Of a stretch of DNA of 9,659 bases, positions 1 to 8,477 are shown piece by piece. Source of the stretch: Paramicrosporidium saccamoebae KSL3 (taxonomy: Eukaryota > Fungi > Cryptomycota). Within the stretch, counting starts at the first letter, position 1. Each line of letters opens with the position of its first letter. The position numbers and the translations under genes were made by a program. The notes beneath the pieces are model-generated. The model did no database searches, was not told where the DNA came from, and was given only the letters and a program-made list of their open reading frames with translations. The stretch covers positions 1-9,659 of the forward strand of contig MTSL01000140.1 in NCBI GenBank assembly GCA_002794465.1, written 5' to 3'.

Positions 1-3000
1 TGGCGCTGTTCCGACGGCGCCTGGATTTCCATCCCTAGGATAATGTCACGAATTTCAGATTGCGTCAGCGCCGCCACATTGACATTGTTGCGCTTGGAAT
101 AGTCGGCAAGAATGAGGTCCTTCAGGGCCACTTCCACGCGGATCCATTCCTCGTCGGCCATGCTTGGCCAAATGTGGTGTGGCGCAGTCACAGTGTCCCG
201 TGATGGACGCATGATAATCTTGGTCCGTTCTGAATTGACGTGGAGGGCACGCAGGACGAGAATCAGACGCGAAAAGGCCGTGTAGGCACTAACCTTTTCC
301 AACCAATCGTCAAACAGATTGAACAAGAGCATCTGAGGCTCAGTGGCGCGCAAGACAAGCTCGCCAAACTTTTCAATCTTCAGGGCGGCCTGGAAGGGCA
401 ATTGCAACTCACTGCCCTTGATAACAATATTGGGAAAGTCCAATAGATGCACCTCTAGGGGATCCAGCATGCCTTTTCGGGTGACAACCACTTGTTTGGG
501 TTGTTCCTCCACCGGCAATGAACGGATCAGGGCAGCCACCTCCTCTGCCGTCTTCCATTTGGCCAACTGTCCTAATCGCTTCTGTCCCGTCCACACCGAA
601 GTGTGGATGACCTTGAGGAACAATTGGCCGGTGCGGGGGTTAAAGATGAAAATTGCACCGTTGAGGGGTTTGGCTGTCAAATTGCCCTCAAAGGTCTTGT
701 GGATGGTCACACGGTACACATTAGTGTCATCCACAAACCATACAGTCTGATTGCTGAACAATTCCCCATAGTTCTGGCTGTTCAAATACGGCTCAGCCGC
801 CTCACTCGAGTACAATTGCAGGCCCTTTCGAATGCGCTCGCGTAGTACATATAGCGCCGGACTGGCCTTGATAATCTTTCCCATTGCCTGCTGCAACAAC
901 GGTTTCATTCCCGGCAGCCAGTTTCCATAGGCACTGTACATGTTATATGCCAAGTCAATTCCCACCATCACTCCCGTTGGACTTGGATAAATGCTCATAT
1001 TGTCGGTGGTGTAGTCCAAAAACTTTGCCCGCGTGTAGCGCTCAATGTCGTGCGAGTCAAAGTCGCCCCACCGCAGCTGCACATCAATCCAATACTTTTG
1101 CGTTGTCAGAGCCCCATCGAATGCATCTCGCGTATCTGGAAGCAGGCTGGGACGTGAAACATTCCATTTATATGCCGCAAACAACAAAATGTCGGCACAG
1201 GAACTGTTCATTTTGTACGACTTGCGGGGATGAATCGTCTCCTTTTGCACCGTCTCAATCTCCAAAGCATCCAATTCCTGATCCAGCACCTGACACAGAT
1301 CCATCACCACGCTCTCGTGAATCTTTTGCCACAAATGCGCGCGGAATATCTGGATCAGCGAAATCTTGAGAGTGGGAATCTTTCCATGCATGAAAATGCC
1401 TGTCAAATCCAACTGCACTTGGAAGCCAATGTACACTGAAGCGCGGTTGATTGTTGGACTCCACCATAGAGTGAAACGTCGATTAGGAATCTGATTCAGA
1501 CCCGATCTCTGCGCATTAGTCAGTCGCTTGTACTTCATAGACTCTTCAAAACCTGATGCCTTTTCCCAGAACAGCCCCTCCCACGTTGGGAAATAGGTCC
1601 CCCGGAATAGAGTGTGCTCTAGAATGCCTTCCACACCACCCAATGCCTGGATCATGTCAGTGCGGTAATTGTTCAAATTCCACAACTTTCCATCGTGTCG
1701 ACTGTGGGTCCACCAGAACGGATTGTTCTTCAACAGACTGTGCTGTTTAAACTCGATGCGCACTCGCCATCCCTTATCATAGGCGAGCGTTTGGCGATCC
1801 TTTTGGAAGAGCGTATTGATACGAGGAATACCGCGGTCCCACGAATCTTCCAAGTCTTCCAATGTCAGACGTCGGTTTTGAGCCATGGCCTCTTGACGCT
1901 TCATGGCGTATTCAGCCCACACTCTCTGCGAATCCAAAAATTCGCTTTCCCAAGTCGGAATGTAACGGAACAAGTTGGGAATAAGCTGGTCCTCCTCGTG
2001 CGTCATTCCCGAGCGGAAATGTGTCACTGCGCCTGCGTCTGTCTGCTTGGACCAGCGCAGATCGGCAGTGGGAATCAGTACATGGCCCATTGATAACATT
2101 CCCAGTCCTCCAAGCTCCTTGGGAGTGTAAAAGACGACGGGAGGGAACCGACTGGGCATTTTGGAATTCAATCCCATTTTGATGCGTGTTTGTACCTTAT
2201 TCTCACATCGCACAATCAGATCAAGCAGCTCCCGGGTGTGGATGACAGCCTCGCGATAATAAGACATTAATCCAATCAAAGCCGTGTTCCATTTGTTTGC
2301 CACTTTGGTAAAGGTAGTCGAACCAGAGCTCATCAACAGGCCGCGGATGCGATTGTTGAAGCGGCTAATTGCTTCGTCAGACACTCGCAAGAAGGCCTGG
2401 GCAGTTCTTTCCTTAGTCCGCTCCTCCATCAAACTCCAAACCCCGTCAATCAGCGTAAATTGCTCCTCCAAGGCCCGCATCTTGGGCAGAATCCTAACTT
2501 CAAAACCGCACATGGAAAAGAGCAAGTTGGGATTCTCCCGGCTGTACACTGACACGAACGAGTCCTCCCATTCCAAACTGGTCAAGGCTCGAGGGATTCT
2601 GCCAGCCATCTCCCAAAACACAGCCCGTCCCAAGTTGACGTCATGTTTCACTAGGCGCATTCGACAGTCCTTGGGCCAGCATTTCTTGTTCGGATATCCC
2701 AAAATGTTCTCATTGTGTGGATCAGGATTCTCGCTCAAATAGCGTTGGATCAGATCACGGGACTCGCTGGCGTCCAAACGGAAGAGACAATACACTCGAT
2801 CAATGTAGCGCATATACGCCCTGATAGGATGCTCGCCCTCCACAACGGGATCACGGAATTGCAACAGCTCATTAGGAGCACCAGGGGGGCCGGCCAATTG
2901 GTTGGCACGGTTCAGACCGAGTAGAAGCACATCAAGCACTAATCCATAGTACTGCGTGACAAAGGAGGCAAACTGCAGTCCCCGTAATAGACCGTAATTG

Positions 3001-6000
3001 TTGCGATGGCTCATGTCCTTGTATGCAATGGAAATGTTATTTTTGGCACTAATATAATCCGCCAAATTGTGATCCATGGCCAAACGCAGTAGACGATTCA
3101 AAAGGGTCAGATCCATCTTTTCATGAATCTTGCTCAAATGCGTCTCCATCAAAACGGTGCATTCCCCATCCGCCGTGGACCAAATGTCGCGCATATTATT
3201 GACGCCCTGACAAAACTTGTACACCAACAAGGGCGCCGGCTCGGAATCGCTGGGCTTGATCCAGGACGGGAACAGATTTCTCTTCTCCGCCTCATACCAG
3301 AGATACTGATCCAAATACGCATCAGTAATCTTTTCCAATGGCTCAATGTCATAGACGGGCAGCAGATGGCTATATAAATCCATCATTTCAATGCCGCATT
3401 CCTTAAATGTCCGCTGAGTTAACAACAGTCGCTTAATGCGACTCAATGTCTCATGGGGATTGTCGTAGGCCTGTTCAATAAGACCGAGCTCTTCCCTCTG
3501 ATTGCTGTTGAGACGGGCCTTGACGCTGTATGCCTCCTTCAGTCCCTCTAATGCCAAGACGAGCAGCTTGGTGTCATGCTTGTAGTTGAGAGGCGGGAAG
3601 GGGATGGGCGCAAAACGACGTCCCTCTAACCAATGCACCGCCGTCGTGTACACTGCAACCGCCTCTTCACTGGTGACATACGGTCCGTCCTTGAGGTAAT
3701 TGTGCTGTCTCTCCTGCTCCGCCTTTAGCCATAATCGCGTCAAGCGTCCCACATTCTTCTTGGCCACCGTCTTGTCTACAGTGGCTCCCCGACGGATGCG
3801 TTCGCGGTTATAATGCGCTACGCTTGTCCACCAATCAGCCTTGGCTCGCACATAGCGCAATAACATTTGTTCCACCGGAGCAGGAAGACCGGGTACTCGC
3901 CATGGAATGTTTGCCTTCCAACAACGCCACGCCTCGCTTAAATGTTGCATGATTGTGCGGTGTTTGTTGGCGCGGATGCCTTCAGGCATCATGTCGAGAA
4001 TGTCATGCAGGACAGCTGCACGCAGCTCCAAGTCATAATGACTTTCCACCCGTTGTTTGGTCACCGTCTTGGCAATTCCCTTTGCATGACGTCCCTCAAA
4101 GTGTCGGGCCAACAAGTTTCCCAACCATCTTTCCAATAATGGAACAATTCCGCGCATGAAAAACACCCATACTCGCCATGCCGGCGCCCAAAACCCACAT
4201 CCCGGCCCCTTTCCCACGGGTCCCGCATTGAAGCGATAATAAACGAGATGTTTCAGGTCCTTGCACATGCGTATCTGCCGCATCAATTTGTATTTGTAGC
4301 GATACATTCCCGTCAGCTGTCCCACGTGGTTGAAAATGTAATAAAGACCATCCGCCAGCTGATAGGCGTCGACATTGCCCAGTCGATATTGCACATGCGA
4401 ATCCACCAGCAGTTTGATGAACCGGAGGATTTCACGGCACAAATGAAAGGCATTTCCAAAGCGGGATCGTTTGCGCTCCTTTGTAGTCAGCGTCTTGACG
4501 GGCTTTAAATTGAAATTGTAATCCAAATGCAAGTATGACAAATGTTTCCGTTGAATGAGCAGATTGAGCATGTTAAAGCCCTGACGACAGACCTGCAGAC
4601 CGGCCTCTACCCAATCAAGTTCCGTGTTCTGGAAGAACTTTGTCGCATGAAGCTGGCGGAACAGATAGCGTTTGTTCAGAGACGGCGGCGGTTCACGACC
4701 AAGCTCATTCTTCACCCACGCCTTTAGCAACTTTTGATAACTGACACGCACCTTGACGGGCTGTCCCGGTGGACAATGTTCCTGATACCATCCCTTCACC
4801 AATGCAACATCCACCGCCCGACGAGTAACTCCACTTCTCTTATCAAATGGATGTGGTGCCCAATACAATGCAATCCCATTGGCTGTCCTATCATTATAAA
4901 GGGGAACATTGGCCAAGAAGGGTTCTGTCCCTGGAGGAAGTCTAAATCCCATCTCTTCAGCCGCCTCAGTTGCCTCAGTTGCCTCGGTTGTCTCGGTTGC
5001 ATCAGGATAGTCTTCTTCCATTTCATCTTCAAAACAATTTCGATTTGGAACAAGCCCACGAGACGAAATCGGGTTCACTAATGGATCAAAATAGTACGGG
5101 GGCATATCCGGGTCCTCCGCTTTGATATATACGACAGCTGCGTGATGGTAGGGGGCCGCTTTGACTGATCGTGGCATGTTGTTGTACAAAAAGGGATATG
5201 CAATTCGATATTCGGTGCGGATTGGCTGACGCATGATAATCTTGTGAATGTCGTTGAATTCATTCCAATCCTCATCTGCATCAGTGTCGCGATACAGCGG
5301 CTCGAATTTTGGGCCTCCCGGAACTGCCATATTTAGCGCCTTGGAGGTCAAAAATGAATTGAGGTCAAACAGATAGAAATAGTTCTTGTCCACAATCTCT
5401 GGAAGCAGCTGACTCGCCAGTCGATGCAGATTGGCGATGATTGGAAGAGGAAGCTTCCAATTCTTATATGAGGCGCCTCGAATGAATTCGGTATTCTTTA
5501 GTGGTTGGTGGTCATAGAACCATTCAGCAACTGCAGCATCTTCTTCAGGGTCAAGCTCCATCTGGATGGCATCCAACGGCTCCACCTCCAAAAGATTGTC
5601 ACCATAGTCCAGTGGCGGCTCCTCGTCGTCAAAGGGAGGAAAGCGCATACGTTTGAAATGTCGTCGGTCGCGTTTCTCCCGACGCATCATAATCCACATG
5701 GTGCCCCATTGCGCCATAAAGATAGGCTCACACACCCGCGGTGTCTCATTGACAAACGTGATGGCGCCGGTAATATGATACAGAACATTTACATAGCGCA
5801 CCTACAGGAATTAGTCCCGACTATCGACAATACCTGTTCCCACGGCATGGGCATATTCTCCAATAATTTCATAAGCGCATGAGGCACATACTTTAGGGCT
5901 CCCAAATACACCCTCTTGTCCCTCTCAAACTTTTTCGCGCTCATGTCGCCATGATCCTTGACAATCTTGCGCACATGTTCCGGCGGCATGGGCGCCTTTT

Positions 6001-6112
6001 GCACCGTTACATTGCTTTTCTTGCCAGAGGCATAGCGACGTGCCTGATGTTCCCGCCATTTGCGAGCCTTTTCGGCGAGCTCGGCAGTCGTTGGTGCACC
6101 CGGCGAATTCAT
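1..6112 (-). CDS. PRP8: Pre-mRNA-splicing factor Prp8 (U5 snRNP core). Exons 6112..5834 and 5801..<1. 3'-truncated by the window edge, so the Jab1/MPN domain lies outside.
   Basis: Hand translation of the minus strand. Exon 1 (93 codons) gives [19 protein letters not shown]...[12 protein letters not shown]...[25 protein letters not shown]. After a 32-nt intron, one open frame of 1933 codons starts [19 protein letters not shown]. It includes [103 protein letters not shown] and [15 protein letters not shown]. All are hallmark Prp8 motifs in the expected order. Confidence 0.99.
4965..5000. repeat. Four 9-bp tandem repeats (CTCRGTTGY on +) encoding [12 protein letters not shown] in Prp8
   Basis: The + strand reads ctcagttgc ctcagttgc ctcggttgt ctcggttgc, with a degenerate fifth unit ttcagccgc at 4956-4964. 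The array is in frame within the PRP8 ORF. Confidence 0.9.
5802..5833 (-). other. Spliceosomal intron of PRP8, 32 nt, phase 0
   Basis: GTATTGTCGATAGTCGGGACTAATTCCTGTAG has GT..AG ends and the branch motif GACTAAT 8 nt before the 3' end. Removing it joins MPMPWEQ to [13 protein letters not shown], the conserved Prp8 sequence. Confidence 0.96.
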
Positions 6113-6239
6113 ATGAACGAGATAGCCGGGGCTCTTAGGGAGAGGGTTAAAGCGGCCAATGCTGCACTAATAAATCAACCATCATCATACGGGATCTGCA
6201 AAAGTTTTGGTTGTAGCTAACATGAGTAAATATGGACTG

Positions 6240-6245
6240 TTTATT
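6240..6245 (-). promoter_or_regulatory. Putative polyadenylation signal (AATAAA) of the RanBP1/YRB1 gene
   Basis: AATAAA on the minus strand about 21 nt downstream of the TGA stop at 6267, in an AT-rich 3' flank. Confidence 0.5.
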
Positions 6246-6266
6246 TGATCTCTTATAAATTGGTCA

Positions 6267-6990
6267 TCAGTCCGTAGTGTTTGCAGCTTTAACTTCAGAA
6301 GTGTCCTTGGTTTCTGTAGACTTGGCTTCGGTCGACTTGCTTTCAGGCTCTGCGTCCTTGGTTTCGGTCGGCTTGCTTTCAGGCTCCGTGGACTTGGTTT
6401 CGGGTTCTGTCGATTTTTCAACCGACATCTTCTTGGCCTCCTCAAATTTATCTTTAAATAGAGTCGCATTCTCCACATTGGCAAATCGCACGGCCAACAG
6501 TTCAGTAATTGGATGGCCTTCGCTCAGGTCATTGGGTGCAGTATACACCCAACTGCGGTCACTGCCCACATTCGGCTTCAATTCCATCTCTTTGATAATG
6601 GAATGGTTGGCACAGATCTTTAGCGTCTTGTCGCGACGCATGACAATGCGGATTCGCTTCGTTTCCTTTTGTTGGAGCATCTTAAGCTCGCCCGTGCCGC
6701 GTTCCTTCCATTCGCTCCCATCCTTGTCGAAGCGGAACATTTTCGCGCGCCTACCCTTATCAATACGAGACAGTTGGCATACATTTTGAAAAAAACATCT
6801 TCATCCTCCTCGTTGGTCTTGGTCTCGACCTGCTCCAGCTTCACCACCGGCTCAAAATGAACCTCAGGGGACGGGGCCACCTCTCCATCCTATCAGTTGA
6901 GGCCAGTTCCCATAAGCGTACATCCTGTCCATCGTCATTGTCAGCGTCCTCATTAGTGGGTTGGTTCTTGAATACCTCCAAGGTGCTCAT
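6267..6990 (-). CDS. YRB1: Ran-binding protein 1 (RanBP1/Yrb1, RanBD family), 219 aa. Exons 6990..6922, 6889..6783 and 6750..6267.
   Basis: The spliced product reads [82 protein letters not shown]...[16 protein letters not shown]...SDRSWVY...[28 protein letters not shown], KMRAKx[23 protein letters not shown] and SDRSW are RanBD signatures. The RanBD and intron 2 are firm. Exon 1 and the start codon are somewhat less certain. Confidence 0.95.
6301..6420 (-). repeat. Internally duplicated low-complexity tail of YRB1 ([28 protein letters not shown] units)
   Basis: 30-bp direct repeats at 6321-6350 and 6357-6386 are 28/30 identical with a 36-bp period. Shorter related units flank them. Confidence 0.85.
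6751..6782 (-). other. Spliceosomal intron 2 of YRB1, 32 nt, phase 2
   Basis: GTATGCCAACTGTCTCGTATTGATAAGGGTAG. Removal restores F-K-M-R-A-K. The likely branch motif TTGAT lies 8 nt before the end. Confidence 0.96.
6890..6921 (-). other. Spliceosomal intron 1 of YRB1, 32 nt, phase 0
   Basis: GTACGCTTATGGGAACTGGCCTCAACTGATAG. Removal links the ATG at 6990 (context ttccaaaATG) in frame to [14 protein letters not shown]. Exon 2 has no ATG of its own before the HFEP motif; the ORF track used a GTG at 6880. Confidence 0.85.
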
Positions 6991-7070
6991 TTTGGAAAAG
7001 TATAACCATTTAAAATTAAAATAACGGCCTTTCTCCCTGGCTCTGCATATACCACCATGTCATAGTATAT
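6991..7070. promoter_or_regulatory. 80-bp divergent intergenic region, a probable bidirectional promoter for YRB1 and the kinase
   Basis: The start codons at 6990 (-) and 7071 (+) are head to head. An AT-rich core (aaaagtataaccatttaaaattaaaataa) contains TATAA and TTTAAA. Function is inferred from position only. Confidence 0.6.
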
Positions 7071-8195
7071 ATGGATCTACGAGCATTGACGTCGACGATG
7101 ATTGGCTACGATTTTCCCGTGTCAGAAGAGGTCGCTCCAGCAGTCGATTTAGTTGGCCAGTCTCTGAAACTGGCCCGGATGAAGGATGCCAAGGGCTCTA
7201 CTCCGGAGCGACGATATTTTGTTGATTTGAACGAATACCATGCGCTTCCCTACAGCGAGGCGCCCACAACCGAGACGGGTGTCGGAGAAGGTCTATTTCT
7301 GACCAGCTCTCTCGACAGTATTCCCTCCATGGATAGAACACCTGATGCCCGACTTTGCGAATGTGCAAGCGATTCGGGCCAGTGGCACATTAATTATTCA
7401 ACTGAACAGACTCTCGGATATGGACGATATTCGCGAGTCTTTTTGGGACAGATGCATCGATTGGCTGATGTGAAGCGATATGTCAAAGTGGCACTAAAGG
7501 TACACCAAAACGACGCTGAAAGTCAGGCCGAGGCCGAAAATGAGGTCGCCATGCTGCGATATCTCGAGGGGGTGGCGGGTGTCATTCATTTATTTGACAC
7601 TTGCAACCACGGAATGACATTGCTACTGCAATGCTCCGAGGAGGGCAGTTTGGCCAGCCGGATCTTTTCCAATGCCGAACTGACAAAGAAACAGATTATG
7701 CAATGGTTCCATGACTTGTTCACAGCACTAAAATTGACAGAGGAAAGGAAAGTGTTGCATTTGGATCTCAAACCCCACAATTTGCTCTTTATTGACAAAC
7801 ACCTCGTTCTTTCGGATTTCGGCAGCGCCCTGCGACTTCCTGCGCTCCGCACCGCAACACGTTCCAAAGGGACTCTTGGCTACTCGGCTCCCGAGTTACT
7901 CCTCACCTGCGACGATTGTATCACATCGACAGCCTCGGATGTGTATTCCGCCGGTGTTACAATGTACTCCATGTTGACGGGCAGAGAGCCCTTTTCTGAC
8001 ATTGATCGTCCTGGAGTAGCGCTGGTTATTGCCATCAAGCAAGGCTTCTTTTCCGGTGGACATAACCCATGGATTCTCCGACCTGGTCTACAGCAGTGTG
8101 AAACTTTACAAGGAATTGTGTCGCAATGTCTATCAATGGATCCAACCAGGCGTCCTAGTCCCGACCAAGTGCTTACTAGACTGAATTTTGAATAA
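7071..8195 (+). CDS. Ser/Thr protein kinase, non-RD type, 374 aa, family unassigned
   Basis: All catalytic motifs are present in order: Gly-loop LGYGRYSRV, VALK, alphaC Glu (ENEVAML), catalytic loop HLDLKPHN, DFG, GTLGYSAPE, SDVYSAG and subdomain XI PTRRPS. They follow an N-terminal extension of about 105 aa. No intron is needed. Confidence 0.95.
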   Translation: MDLRALTSTMIGYDFPVSEEVAPAVDLVGQSLKLARMKDAKGSTPERRYFVDLNEYHALPYSEAPTTETGVGEGLFLTSSLDSIPSMDRTPDARLCECASDSGQWHINYSTEQTLGYGRYSRVFLGQMHRLADVKRYVKVALKVHQNDAESQAEAENEVAMLRYLEGVAGVIHLFDTCNHGMTLLLQCSEEGSLASRIFSNAELTKKQIMQWFHDLFTALKLTEERKVLHLDLKPHNLLFIDKHLVLSDFGSALRLPALRTATRSKGTLGYSAPELLLTCDDCITSTASDVYSAGVTMYSMLTGREPFSDIDRPGVALVIAIKQGFFSGGHNPWILRPGLQQCETLQGIVSQCLSMDPTRRPSPDQVLTRLNFE

Positions 8196-8196
8196 A
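8191..8196 (+). promoter_or_regulatory. Putative poly(A) signal AATAAA overlapping the kinase stop codon
   Basis: GAA TAA A: the TAA stop at 8193-8195 is embedded in AATAAA. Confidence 0.45.
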
Positions 8197-8198
8197 CC

Positions 8199-8431
8199 CT
8201 AGCGTGTGCCGAAATCGAATAGCGCGAGATCAATGTGATAGAGTGGATTAATGAGCCAGATGTTTGAGGATGCTCTCCTAGCTTGGAGCAACCAAAGAAA
8301 GACTGAGATTTGTATCTGTACCATTCTATGATTAGCAGCGCACCAGTTCTCCTACCATCTCTCGGCCCCTCCCATCCCCGTCTTCTCTCGCCTTTTCTCG
8401 TTTGATCTAGTCCATGGTACTCCTCCGCCAT
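8199..8431 (-). CDS. Putative small spliced hypothetical protein; exact frame and structure unresolved
   Basis: An ATG at 8431 follows an AT-rich patch and opens [25 protein letters not shown] up to the candidate intron. A downstream frame ([41 protein letters not shown], 8324..8199) stops 3 bp from the kinase stop. The 30-nt intron alone does not join these two frames. I recognised no homolog. Confidence 0.3.
8326..8355 (-). other. Candidate 30-nt spliceosomal intron in an unannotated minus-strand transcript
   Basis: GTAGGAGAACTGGTGCGCTGCTAATCATAG has a GTAGG donor, GCTAAT branch motif and CATAG acceptor. Its length matches the 31-32-nt introns of the neighbouring genes. Confidence 0.5.
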
Positions 8432-8477
8432 TGGGATCCCCGGTCTGTTAAATAATAATTCTGTCGCCGTTTCTTTG

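Noticed and set aside
1540-1575. Possible PRP8 intein, since fungal PRP8 inteins insert at FWEKA|SGFEES (between 1557 and 1556)
   Set aside because: The site is empty: the sequence reads [16 protein letters not shown] uninterrupted. The rest of the translated ORF is colinear with canonical Prp8, leaving no room for an intein or homing endonuclease within the window.
240-5882. The many + strand ORFs (for example 884..1369, 2284..2742, 343..750) and short alternative-frame minus ORFs in the track
   Set aside because: They are antisense or off-frame shadows of the PRP8 coding sequence and have no recognisable motifs.
6277-6789. 170-aa + strand ORF rich in S/L/V/G repeats
   Set aside because: It is the antisense reading of the YRB1 repeat tail and RanBD.
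6925-6975. Possible extra intron in YRB1 exon 1 (GTATTC...CACTAAT-GAG, 27 nt; or to CAG, 51 nt)
   Set aside because: The 27-nt version needs a GAG acceptor only 3 nt after the branch motif. The 51-nt version leaves a 3-nt micro-exon. The region reads as a plausible acidic RanBP1 N-terminus. RNA-seq would be needed to exclude it fully.
6135-8201. Telomere-like motifs (TTAGGG near 6135; AAACCCTA telo-box at 8194-8201)
   Set aside because: These are single isolated copies, as expected by chance, with no tandem array or telomerase-template context.
8380-8425. Resemblance to the 5' end of U2 snRNA (ctctcgcctttt...gatctagt)
   Set aside because: It lacks the invariant GUAGUA branch-recognition sequence and a downstream Sm site, so the match is probably chance pyrimidine-rich similarity.
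8251-8451. + strand spliced mini-ORF ([32 protein letters not shown] 24-27-nt intron, ...GSPVC*)
   Set aside because: The intron is shorter than the local class with no good branch motif, and the ORF would leave only 26 bp before ATG3. The minus-strand model has better splice signals.
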